Of a stretch of DNA of 64,000 nt, positions 11,541-23,888 are shown in pieces. A program made the position numbers and the translations under genes. Numbering within the stretch: the first letter of the stretch is position 1; the number at the start of each line of letters is the position of its first letter. The notes under the pieces are model-generated. The model was not told the DNA's origin. It ran no database searches and was given only the letters and a program-made list of their open reading frames with translations. The stretch is taken from the NCBI GenBank assembly GCA_003971905.1, contig RSEE01000014.1:310001-374000 (forward strand). Direction: 5' to 3'. The DNA comes from Moniliella sp. 'wahieum' (taxonomy: Eukaryota).

Positions 11541-14314
11541 CGTTCGTGCTCTCGGACGTGGTGGTTGAAGAGAGTTAACAACAATTGGCGCGCTCGAGTG
11601 ACGCAAGTGCTCTGGAGGCATGGACTTATACAAGAGCCTGATGCATACATACACACGCACACACACACACCACACACACAGAGAGAGAGAGAGGAGTAAA
11701 GTGTTAGGGACAGTTCCGCACCAAGCAAAACATGGATGCGATGCTTGTGACATACCGAGCGTCGTTACTGCTGCGCTGGGGCGGATCGGGTGCCGCAGTA
11801 GAGCGATATGGACGAGGATTTCCGTTCCAGGGAAGGGGGAAGTTCATGGACGGCATGCTGGACGCGGGACGCACTGAAGGTGAGTGATATGGGTGGCTTG
11901 CTCAAACAGATTGAAAAGAGGGTAGGGGTAAAGGAGGCAAATGTGGGGGCTGCGGGGCGCCACTTATATATGCGGGACTGATGTGCGATGCTACAGTACA
12001 TCGCTGATGTATACCCCACGCTGAGTCTGACCTGCCAGAGCCTGCTCGAAGGCGCAAGACACATTGAAGGGGATGCTGAACGCTGAACTTCAACATGAGG
12101 AGTGAGAAGGAGAGATCAGAGACAAAGAGAGACAGAGCGGCGAGCGAATAATAGGAGAAACCGGCGGATGAGGTACCACAGTATATTAGGGGGTGTGGCG
12201 GTTACAGAAAAAAAAATGTGGTGATGTGCGATGCTCCACGGGAGATATGAAAACACGAAAGATGATACCATGCGGATGACGAGGGGGATCGAGATCCGGC
12301 ATGTGTGGATCTCAACATGGCCAAAGCAGCTGTTGCTCATGACATCATTTGCATCATCAAAGAGAGTGCACGCTGCAATAAGACTCCTACCGTCTACTAT
12401 ACTTTATCGTTTACCGCGTTTACCCCATACCCCATACAATATGACAGAAGCGAGGATCTGTGATTTTGGAGCTCGGCTGCTATACACCCCTTATCTCCTT
12501 CCCGGCAACAACCGGTCGGCACATTGCTATATCGGAAGCCATGTCGGAGTCGGATACCGGGTAGGGCGGGGGTAGATCCGGGGTTGTCATGTGCAGATCA
12601 AAAAGTTCTACTATATACACAGCAACACTGATATATGAACGTCTCTAACCTGGCCCGAGGGTGACCTCACCGACATCTTACTATAGTAGAACTTACTCTA
12701 CCTTGTCGTCTCATTTGATATTTACCCGACGTGCACCTCGACCTTTCAAGCCTCTCTCAGGCACAGTACCAAAAAGTAGGGCCGATTACTCCAATATCGT
12801 ATTTTGCTACTATTTATAGCCCCTGCTGTGGTCTCGGCAGATGATCGAAGAGATGAGAGTTACGCCGCCGTCAGTCGGCCAAAGCCACACAGGGGCGTTG
12901 TGGACAGCGACGGGCGCAGCAGGGTGAGTCCGCGTGGAGCAGAGAGCGGGACGCGGTTGAAAGAAAAGGAGGGCGCTCTGCCAGCGACGCACTTCCCACA
13001 CCGCCCTATATAGTACAGTGGGAATGCGATTTGATGTTGAGCGGCTGAGCCCACATCTTTTGTTTTTCCCAAAAGTATACAGTATACAGATGCCTGTTGC
13101 GCTCGACAGGTTTCAGCCCGTCGGCAGGGCGCGCAGTGGCTGTAGTACCCTGCCCCGCTTCCTACCCCCTTTTTTGTCCAGCCCCAGTGATCACCGCACA
13201 CGTTAACCATGCGCATCCTACAGTATTGAGAGGAGCCGTGACAAAGAGGATGTAATGCCACAGGGGATGGAGGCTTGATGCATGATGGGCTTAATCGGCT
13301 GTGGGCTGGGGTGGGCAAGGCTGGGCACTGGCGTTGGCGTGTGGTGGTGTTGGAAGTATTGTGGTGCAGATGACGCGGGGCTGTGCCACACGTTCAGCTT
13401 CAAGCTTCACATGTCACAGCCGTATAAGCGAGAAATCACGTCTCAAATCCGAGGGACGTGTGCATTAGGGGTAACCCGTAACAGGGTACCTGTCGAATTG
13501 AAAAAACCTCGTGATGGATGAAGCTGATGAAGGCTACCCCACTAGTATTATATCTGCGGACAGCCACGGGAGTGTACCTACAGGATAGCGGAGCGTCACC
13601 TCTCAATTATACTCCTTTGTGCATCAACATGTAGAGTCGGAGTCGGGCGATGGCAAGAGGGCGTATTATCCACCTTGTCGGGTTTCGTGGGCGGGCGGGC
13701 TGGGGTCAGTGATAAGGAGAAGATGACCACGAGATTCAAGGTGGCGGCATGTTCAGTGGTGGGATCGTCGTTTTTGCCTTCCTGGCCCAGCAGATTGCTT
13801 ATTGGAGTGCTCAAGGCAGTGGTAAGGACCTGAGGTACTACCGCAGGACTCTCGCGGCCCTGCCCTGCCGTGCCATTTTGTTTCGTCCACACCCGATCCA
13901 TCATCCTTCGCTGTGTCCCGCCTCTTGGTGTGGCTCCACCCACAGACCCAACACGCAACACGCAACGCCCCCCCACCACCATGGCCACACGGGCGGGCGG
14001 GTTACGAGATCCATACCACCCATACGACAGCTACTGGAGTAGGACAGGGGAGGGGGGGCAAAGGGTGTGGATATATAATTTTGCTTTGCGTCTCTTCCCC
14101 TCCGTGTTGCAAGTGGCTCCGTTTGGCCGACGGTTGGCCGCGTGGCTAGTCACTAGTTACTATTGTGGTCATTAAAGAGCGTCCCCACGCCGTACGTTCC
14201 GTACTCCACTCGTACTCAGTACTCACTCGGCCCCCCGTCCCGAGCCCAAGCGCACTCTACGTGGGCTGGGACAAATGGGGGCTCAAGCTACGGCTGCCGC
14301 TGGGACGGTCGCCT

Positions 14315-16170
14315 CTAGCCTGCGCGCCCATGTGCGCCCCCACTGCCGCAAACACACATCCCACCAACACCATCGCAATGTGTGCGCGGGCCAGGCGGGC
14401 AGCACGCACGGTGGCCCTCGCGCGCTCGCACTGCGCACATTGGCCACATCCCGCCGTGGGCGCATGGTGAGGCGGGTGAGGTCCGCTCCGGCCTCCACTC
14501 CCGTCCGGGCGGTGGATAGGGGATCAGTTCGATCGGTTCGATCGGTTCGATCGGTTCGATCGGTTCGATTGGTACGGTGCGCTTCCCCTCCTTCTTCAGC
14601 TTCACGTTCCCGCTCACCATCTTGGACGCCTCCTGCCTCGTGGACACAGGTCCCGCCGCACCTGGTCCCGCGGAGGCGGTGCACGTAACACTCAGGCCCG
14701 TCGACGACGCTCCCAACGCTTCTGGTTCCAGGCACGCCGATAATAAACTTTCGTCCCACCCAGGCGGCTCGGAAAAGGGAGGAGGGGGAGGAGGAGGAGG
14801 CAGACCCCTCTCATTGTCCACTGGCAAGCAAGGCTCGTGTTCCATCTTGATCGCCGCCGGTGGGGTAGTCGTCTCGGTTTCCCGATCGCCCGTCAAGGGC
14901 AGGGCGAGGGTGAGGTGCATCCCGCCACACGCCGGTGCCTTGAAGGGGCAGGCGTGGTAGGGCAAACACTCGAAAGGCTGGGTGGAGAGTTACTTGTCGT
15001 AGACACGGGCACGCCGGTCGAAGTGGTAGGTGGGGCGGTGACGCCCCACGGCGGTAAGAACGGCATGCCCATCCCCGGCCAAAAGGGCAGACCTAACGGT
15101 GGCATTGGCATGCCCGGGGGTAAAAAGGGAGGAGGCACAGGGGTGGTAGTGGAGTGCTTCCCGGTGCTGGGACCGGGGCGGCCGAAGGTCCTGATCCTGG
15201 GGCATGATGTGGTAGTGCAGCAGCAGTAGCAGCAGCAGCAGCAGCTTCTTCCTTAGCTGCCAAGGCGGCGCGAAGACGTGCGACCTCAGCTTGGAGTGCG
15301 CTCGTTGCGTCGGGCACGGCAGGTGGCAGAGCAAAGAGTGGAGTGAGGATTTCGTGTGCGCTAGGTGGGGGGCCGGGATCCAACGTGGCAGTGCCCACGC
15401 ACGCACAGGACGTTTGCCCCCCATGATCTTCTCCGCAGGGCACTCCCTCACCACGATGTTGTACCACCTGTTGCAGTGTCGATAGCACAGGTTCCGTCTC
15501 GGCCGCCAAGGCAGCCACTGTTTTTTCCCCTTGTCCCTCATCCGCCAAGATAGAGAGGAAGGTCCAGACAAGGTGACTGAGCGCACGCGCTTGCCCATGC
15601 AGCTGCTCAAACTGTTCGCGTCTTCGTTGACGAGAGAGGAACGCAGCGGCACGATTTTTGACCAAGCGTGCCTCGCGCTTGGTCAGACCCGACGTGTCGG
15701 GCTGGATGAAGAGCGTCGAGTGCGGCGCCGAAGTATCGATCACGGGAAACGGTTTGCCCGACGCGGTGCGTTGCCCCCCTTGCTGGGGGGGTCGTTTGGG
15801 TGCGGCTACCCGCCCTGCCGCTCCAGCAGATAATTGGGTCTGGCGCCTGTGCCGGAGGAGGCGAGGGCGAGAGCTCAGCGGACTCGACTCTCCTCCTCTT
15901 GGGCGCTGGGCCAGGGGCGGGAAGTGGAGCGGTACGGACGGCGCTTGGACTGGGCTCGGTGGGGGGGGTGGACCCCTCGGAGGCAGAGGCAGAGACAGAG
16001 GCAGAGGCAGAGACAGACGTTGAGGCTGAAGCATACGGCCAAAGCCGGCGGGGATGGCGAGGGGGGGGCCCAGGAGGAGCAGCGAGCAGGTGGAGAAGCA
16101 GGCGTTGGGGGTCAGAGAGGGTCATGTCGCTGCCCCAAGCTGGCGGGCCCATTGCAAATGGCTCGCTCAT
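14315..16170 (-). CDS. bZIP transcription factor (frameshifted; 3' end uncertain)
   Basis: Basic region and zipper LTKREARLVKNRAAAFLSRQRRREQFEQL at about 15600-15690. P/A/S-rich flanks. Candidate start MSEPFAMG at 16170. Confidence 0.8.
14525..14570. repeat. 9-bp tandem repeat (TCGATCGGT)~5
   Basis: gttcgatcggttcgatcggttcgatcggttcgatcggttcgatt; reads (PIE)n on the minus strand. Confidence 0.9.
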
Positions 16171-18012
16171 GCTGGGGATGGGGGTGGGGGTGGGAGTGGA
16201 GGCGATGGGGGAGGCGATGGAGGAGGCGATGGAGGAGGCGGGGGCGGAGGCGAAGAGACTCGCCAAGCGTTGTGCGCAGGCAGGCGGGTGTGGGTTTGCT
16301 GTGGTTGGGCGCGGCGCTAAGGCCCGACAGGCACTCGTCGCCCTGGCTTGGCTGCGTGCAACAAACTGCACATGACATACCCGTCGGGACCCGGTGCGGG
16401 CACGGGGGCGGTCTCCACCGGCTCCGTCCTGCCCCGTGCGCACTTTAACCGGGCCGCTCTTCTCACGGCGAAGCGGGTGAGCGCACCACACTGCCCCCGT
16501 GCCAAAACTGGCGCCGAGTGGGCCGCACGCCCAGGCAGTAGGGTTTCTTTGCGTTTTCCGCTCGCCGGCGGCCCGCACGGCGCCAGTGCAATATACCCCA
16601 CACCCGCCTTCCCGCCCTCGCTCCCACTCGATCTTCACTATTCACACCAACTCCGCCTGCACCGCGGAGGGGGCGCCGATCGAGCACCAGCCAGCCTGGG
16701 TTGGTCAGGCATCCCTCCGAACGCACTGCTCACTACTTGGTCACTACGCCTTACCCATATCAGATGGTCGATGGGGGGATGATGCCGATCATGTCGATGA
16801 TGCAAAGCCACCACCAGGTAGCCCACACGCCCCGGACCTATCCGCCTCCAGAGATACCGGTTACCGGTTACCCGGCCTGCGCGTAACGTGAGTAACATGT
16901 AACACGGCATACCGATAGATACCGGCAGCCCTCCAGGCCTGCGTCGACGGCCGAGACGAATTCGAAGAGGATGAAAAACGATGACTATGACGCGTGGCTG
17001 GTGTACCTATGGTGTTTGTGCTGGTGATGCAAGTGATGTAAGTGTGACACATGTGACATGTGACATGCGATGATGGATTGATTATTGAGCTTTTTTGATG
17101 CTGAGCCGCTGTGGGCGCAGATGTATTGCGCGATTGATGCAGCTGATGATATGCATGTCGATGAGATACGCGTCACGGCGTCACTGCATCAGATAATGCG
17201 CTCGATAACGTCCGATTCTCAATCTCCCAAGACGTCAGATCTAGGACTGAGGCCCCAGACTCTCAGATGCCAGTGTGCCAGCCGCGTCACATCTCCATCC
17301 CGCGCAACTACCTCTCAGTGCCCCATTTATCAGTCGTACTCAGTACCAAAACTTACAGCACAACTATATACTAGCGCCCCCGAGATCGGCATACAAAACA
17401 CACACATCCACCCTGACACCCTTTGCTGCGACAGGGGGTCGGACAGGGGGGATCCAGTGGATACGCCCTAAGCGCTGAGCGTTGGCCACCATGCCACGCT
17501 GTAACGGCAGCCCTTTGTTTGGCAACGCAGACGCTGTGCGCACCCTCTTTCTCCAAACAGGCACGCAACTTGGGAAAGAGTAGCTTGAATAAATAGAACT
17601 GCGTCGCGGAGTCAAAAGCCTCCTGAGGGGGGATAAGATCTAAGATCTAAGAAGAGACTGAGAAAGGGGCTTTGTTAGCGACGGAAAAAGCATTGCGGGT
17701 GCATAACACATCCGCCTGGGCTCTCGCCTGCACTGCCACCGGTGCTAGTGGGCATTGAGAGCAACGTGTAGCCGTCGGGATGGCAGTGGTCGTTCCGCCA
17801 ATGACGACAGCAGGGGGTGTTGGCATGGTAGTAGGCTCCCCATAACCACTGGACGCGCCGAAGCGACATGGTCATCTGCCCGATACTTCGAGCTGGCAGC
17901 AGAGTTGGACGCTAGGGTTGCGGAAGACTTTGTGGGTCGGGCGACAGGGTAATTGAAGATCACACATCATGCATCGTGCATCATGTGCATCATGCATCAT
18001 GCATCATGCGCG

Positions 18013-18169
18013 ACGCGTAGCACGAAAGAGTAGGGTTACGCGCTGGACGGACGCAAAATTGAAACTCGGAACTCGGAACTAGCGCTCATTGGGGGGGGGC
18101 GAACTGGGGGGCACTAGGACAGTTTCGACGCGCCACGCGTCGCGCGGGCGGCCATTGGACCCGACGCGT
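18013..18169. promoter_or_regulatory. Three MluI cell-cycle boxes (ACGCGT) upstream of MCM5
   Basis: ACGCGT at 18013, 18135 and 18164, plus CGCG variants, all within 280 bp of the MCM5 ATG. Typical of G1/S MBF-regulated replication genes. Confidence 0.65.
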
Positions 18170-18285
18170 CCGGATGACACGCATCATCCGCCTGGGCAGT
18201 GCAGCTTTGAGAGAAACGGGGCAGTGCGTTTCTCGTGGCTGCTGCCCCTCCCCACCACCACTACCTCTGCTGCCAATCTCCGACC

Positions 18286-20590
18286 ATGTCCGGCTTCGAT
18301 CTTGGGCGGCAATACACCACCGCCATTCTTCCTGGCCAGGGCACCGAGGAGAGCGCAGCCTTCATTGCTGGCGCCACCTACGCCCAGGTCGAGGCGACGC
18401 TCTACGACTTTCTGCATGCCTTCCGCATCAACAACGACTACCTCTATCGCGATCGGTTGCGTGCCAACTTGGCTGCCAAGCAGTATGTGCTTGAAGTGGC
18501 GCTGGAGCATGTTCAGCTCTGGAACCAAGTTCTGGCCCAAGCGCTACGCGAACGCCCCGCCGAGGTGCTTCCTCTCGTACGTTCTCTCAACATTTTTTAC
18601 TTTTATTTGTGGTATCCAACCTCCCTTCCCTGCTAACGTGCTACCTGCTCCCCCTCTGTGCCTTTGCTTAGTTCGAGTCGGCCTCCGCCGTGCGTCTCAG
18701 CGTATCCTGTATCCCATTGCTGCGGGGGGAGAGAAGAACCGGCCCGAGGCGCCTGAGATGCAGATCACGCTGCGCTCCTCGGCCAACCTAGTGAGCATGC
18801 GCGACCTGCACGCCGACTCCATTACCCACCTGGTCCGCGTGCCCGGGATCGTGATTGGCACCTCTCAACTGGCCTCGCGCGCGGCCAAGCTGACTATCAT
18901 GTGCCGGGACTGCAAAGCGACGAAAGCGCTACCGATCGCGAGTGGGTTTAGTGGATTCACCTTGCCGCGCGGTGCGATGCGCCGGCGCAAGAAGGCGAGG
19001 CCAAGCGCTGCACGCTCGACCCTTATGTTGTGATGCACGATCGCTCCACCTTTGTTGATGCGCAAACGGTCAAGCTACAAGAGGCGCCGGATATGGTGCC
19101 GACGGGCGAGCTGCCACGGCATATGCTCTTGTCGATTGATCGGGCGCTGTGTGGTCGTGTGGTACCTGGGGCGAGGATTGTAGCGACGGGCATTTACTCA
19201 ACTTACGCGCCTCAGGCAGCCAAGAACAATCCTGGTGCAGTGGCGCTTCGCACGCCGTACCTGCGTGTGATTGGGTTGGAGATTGACGCCGAGGGCGCAG
19301 CGGGACGAGGAGCGTCGCGTATCTTCACCCCAACGAGGAGGAAGAGTTTCAACGGATCGCCCGGCTTCCCAATTTGTACGATCGCTTTGCTAGTAGCATT
19401 GCGCCTTCGATTTATGGCAACACGGAGATTAAGCGGGCGGTGACCTGTCTCTTGTTTGGTGGGTCCAAGAAGATCTTACCGGACGGCATGCGTTTGCGTG
19501 GGGACATCAATGTGCTTTTGCTGGGTGATCCAGGTACAGCCAAATCGCAACTCCTTAAATTTGTCGAGAAGGCAGCTCCGATTGCCGTCTACACCTCGGG
19601 CAAGGGCTCCTCGGCAGCGGGTCTGACAGCGAGTGTGCAGCGCGACGCCAACACGCGTGAATTCTACCTTGAAGGCGGCGCGATGGTCTTGGCAGATGGT
19701 GGTGTGGTGTGCATTGACGAGTTTGACAAGATGCGCGACGAGGACCGGGTGGCGATTCATGAGGCAATGGAACAACAAACCATTTCGATTGCCAAGGCGG
19801 GCATCACCACCATCCTTAACGCACGCACTTCTGTCCTGGCCGCTGCCAACCCCGTGTTTGGGCGGTACGACGAGTCGCGCACGCCAGGCGAGAATATCGA
19901 TTTCCAATCGACCATCTTGTCGCGGTTCGACATGATTTTCATTGTCAAGGACGAGCACGATGAGGCACGGGACCGCACCATTGCCCGTCACGTCATGCAA
20001 ATCCACATGGCCGGCCGTGACGACGAGGTGGCAGAGGGAGAGTTGGACATGGAGACGATGAAGCGCTATGTGGCCTATGCCAAGGCGCGCTGTGCGCCCC
20101 GCCTATCGGCGCGAGCGGCAGAAAAGTTGTCGTCCTACTACGTGTCTCTCCGCCGCCAGCTGGCCCAAATCGAACAAGATGCAGATGCTCGCTCCTCCAT
20201 CCCGATTACCGTGCGTCAGCTGGAGGCCATTGTGCGCACGGCCGAGTCGCTGGCCAAGGTGACTCTGTCGGTTTCGGTGGACGAGGCGCATGTGGACGAG
20301 GCGATGCGGCTGTTCCGTCTGTCGACGATGGATGCAGTCCAGGCTGCGGGCGCAGCGACGGGCGACTTGACGCGCAAAGAGTTGGCGGACGAGATGAACC
20401 GGCTGGAACGCGACATTCGGCGCCGGCTGCCCATTGGCTGGTCCACGTCGTACGCCAAGCTGCGGCAAGAGTTTGTGGATGCGCAGGGCTTCCGCCGCAT
20501 GCGTTGGAGAAGACGCTGTTTGTGCTGGAGAAGCGCGATGTGCTTCGCTTCTCCAACCAACGCAAGGCGCTCACCCGCACAGGCGTCTAG
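18286..20590 (+). CDS. MCM5: DNA replication licensing factor MCM5 (intron ~18577-18670; frameshifts)
   Basis: [34 protein letters not shown] motif, [51 protein letters not shown]; ends ..RTGV*. Confidence 0.96.
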
Positions 20591-21465
20591 CTCGCTCGTG
20601 GCGCGGCTGTGTTGCTGTGCTGGCTGTACTTGTATCCCCCTGTTCTTCCCATGTGGTCCCGTAGTCTGTAGATGGCTTTGGCCGCGTCGCAAGAAAGCAG
20701 ATGTGATGTGTCGTCAGGTGTCTGGTTCTCGACACAGCACGTGATGCATCCACGTGATGTGCGCTGCAAAGTTCCTCCAGCTCTAACACGTAACGCGCAG
20801 AGCGGATCTTCGGATCGCCACCGCCCGCCGCAGCACCCAGCTCACATGCGCCCCAACAGCGCCCCCGTGCAGCCCCCTGCAGCCCCTGCAGCCCCCGCGC
20901 AGCCCCGGCTCAAGCAGTGCCCCCCTGCCCAGAGCACCAGCTCAGCGGTGAGCTCACCGGTCACCCTTGCGGGCCGGTGGCGTCCGCCATGCAAGGAGAG
21001 GCAGGCGCAGCGCCGGTGTGGCTGAGCGGCCAAGGGACTAGTCGAGGGACTAGTGACTAGTGATGCATGACGCGCTGACGCGTGACGAGGTGCAACAAAG
21101 GCCATCAGCTCGGGCGAGCAGCAAGCATCATGCATCATGCATCACGCATCATGCTGCTGCTGCGCGGAGACGACGGCACTGAGACAGTTGGATGCGGGAG
21201 TGGGCAGGCGGGCAGTGTGCGCTCCGTTCCATCGCCCGGGTGCTACGCTGCGCGCTGGCTGGCGTGGTGCTGCGGCCGGGCGGCGGTGGCGGGGGTGCGG
21301 CGTGGTGCGGGAGGGGCAGTGTGGTGTGGGTCGGGGCTGCAGCGGCACTGGGCTGCTGTGCCACGTTGGGCAGCGCCGCCTCGCCTCTGCGTTTGCACCA
21401 CCCTCGGCCCGCGACCATCGGCCCCCGGCCACAACCATTGACCACAACCATCTCGCTTGGGCAGC

Positions 21466-23292
21466 ATGTGGGTTTCCCAGCTGCGCACCTCGCCCTTGGC
21501 CGTCGCCGCGGCAGCCGCTGCGGTGCTCAGCGCGCTGTCCGCGCTGCCTGCCACCGACGCCCACACCCCCGGCTCCGACTTTGTCCGCATCCACACCCGC
21601 GGCGCCCCAGGGCAGTGACGGCCAGCGTGTCCCCGTGCTTGCCCGCCAGGCCGCCGCCGCTCCGTTTGCCCCCAGCGATGCCGAGCAGGACCCCGTGCTT
21701 CAGGCTGCGGCGCAGGGAAACTACGTCCAGGCGGCCCAGGCCGCCGATAACATTCCCGGCGTGCAGAGCACTGCCAATGGCAACCTCGCCAGTGTTCCGG
21801 GCCAGATCGTCAGCGGCGACGGCGTGCAGTATCCCTGGTTTTCAGACATCCCCGTCACGGCCGACCCTGCAGTGAACGGCAGCGAAGACGGTGGTTGGCA
21901 AACGTTGCCTCCTATCCAGGGGTTCACCTTCAACGACACCTTCTACGTGAGCAACAAGTATAACAACGAATCCGCCATCTTCCCCTACTACATTGCTGTG
22001 GACGACCCGCAGACAGTCGAGCGCTTCGTTATTGTCTTCCCTGGAAAGGTACGTCCCAATCTCGTCTCGCCCTCCCGACCACCATGTCTAACTTGGTCCC
22101 CAGCCTCGTGACGTGTGGAACTACGCCAACCTCATGCTCAATGCCCGCAACATCCCCGTCATTCGCGGCCAACAGGGCGTTGCCCCATGGTCTACTTGGG
22201 GCATGACCAATGCTTCGGTAGGGATCGTAGCGCCGGCATTTATGAACATGCAGGACCTACAGGCTGGCGCATGCAAGCCTCAGTACCTATGCTTCAACAA
22301 CTCGCTCTGGCAACAAGGTGGCACCAACAAGAACCCCGTTATGAAGCATTCCATCAGCTCGTTCTTGGCGATGGACCAGCTGCTGGACCAGCTCTTCCTT
22401 AACACCACCTACCCCAACCTGAAGCAGGTCGTTGTTGCGGGCCACTCGTTGGGAGGCCAAGGCGCTCAGCGGTACGCGGTTCTCAAAAAGACCAAGGCCT
22501 ACGACCCCAACGTGCGCTTTTGGATTGGCAATCCTGGTAGCTGGGCTTACCTTACCTCGAAACGTCCCGACAGCAACAGTTCCGCCATCGACACGTACGA
22601 CCAGTGGCCCTATGGCATCCATCAAAACACGTCTACTGTTCCTTCGTATGCTCGCAAGGACGTGATTGCTCAGAACGGAACCCTCGTTGCCGAACGGTAC
22701 CGCAACCGCACGGGGGGTACTTTTTAGCTCTGATGGATGTGGGCGCGGGTGTCACTTCGGCTGCTGCCATGTGGCAGGGCTACAACCACTTGGACCGAGG
22801 GTCGAAATTTGTCATGTCCATGGGCCAAGACTTCCCCGATGGCTTCCCCCCCAACCATACCGCCGATTTTGAAGCGAATCTAACCCATGTTGATTACGGA
22901 GGTTCGTTCTTCCCTTTTTTTGTCTTCTATTACACACAGCGTCCTGACATTTTGCTCCTTCAGCGTACACTGCCAACATGTCCCTCCAACGCCTCTTTTA
23001 CGATGGCCTGCACGTCCGGAACCCTTGGTTGACCAATGTGACCAATCCAGGGGACAAGCCTCCTCATATCAAACACCCAACACCTCACCACAATTCCACT
23101 AATGGCACCCACGCCTTTGCCACCCCCAAGCACAAAACCATGGCTCGCGGTCTGCTTGGAGGCTCCGTGGCCGCTGTGGCGCTCGCATTCTTTATCTTGC
23201 CTTGGTGTTTACCAACAACTATGTGGGAGCATGGGAGAACGAGCCTGTGCCGATCGACCGCAAGATGTGATGCGGCAGCCTTGTTCGTTTGA
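21466..23292 (+). CDS. Secreted or membrane-anchored alpha/beta-hydrolase-fold protein of unknown function
   Basis: Hydrophobic N-terminus MWVSQLRTSPLAVAAAAAAVLSALSA, nucleophile elbow VVVAGHSLGGQ, NPGSWAY, many N-x-S/T sites and a C-terminal hydrophobic helix. Introns ~22049-22104 and ~22901-22963. Confidence 0.75.
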
Positions 23293-23888
23293 AATCGGCC
23301 TGTTTTCCCTGCTCTGCTCGGCCTTGTCACGGGTGCAAGAAACTCGTTGGGAACCGCCCGAGCCAGCTGTTGCCCGTCTCTCCATTTTGCCTTTTGCACC
23401 TACGGGAGTTTCCCGATAGTGATGGTTTTCCTTCCCTCCCTTGGCTTGCAGACCTACTGTTCAGTTTGTCCTGTTATTTTGATCTTCGCACAGACTTTCT
23501 TCATTCCACGGGATTTCCATCTCCTTTTCTCTTCTTCCTCTTCTCTTTCTTCCTCTTCCCCCATCCTCGCTCGTTCTGGTCGTCTCTGCACCCGCCTGCC
23601 ACCTCTTTTCCACCAATGTATCCCTCTCGGCCTGCCCTTTCTTGAGACAGGGACGCACATACGCACATAGTAGAGGCACCTTGCTGGTGCGCGACGGCAG
23701 TGCGATACGGGGACGGGGAAGGCGGAATCCTTAATCAACCAAGACGATAGTAGTGCTGTAGGTGTGCTATACCTGCCCTGTCCACTGCACACACATTTCC
23801 CATACTCTTACACACGCTACACACGTTTCCAAGCCATCCAGACATACACAAGGACAAAAAATCCGATAATACCCCAAACCAGGCTAGG

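Noticed and set aside
11640..11695. (CA)n/(GA)n tract as coding sequence
   Set aside because: Ordinary dinucleotide microsatellite upstream of the metacaspase. The ORFs through it are spurious.
12000..14300. Small genes or pheromone precursor in the long gap
   Set aside because: Only short ORFs with no recognisable motif or CAAX end. TATA-like sequences alone are insufficient.
14315..16170. bZIP gene as HAC1/Cib1 with an Ire1-spliced intron
   Set aside because: I could not identify paired CNGCNG stem-loops, and the frameshifts are explained by sequencing error.
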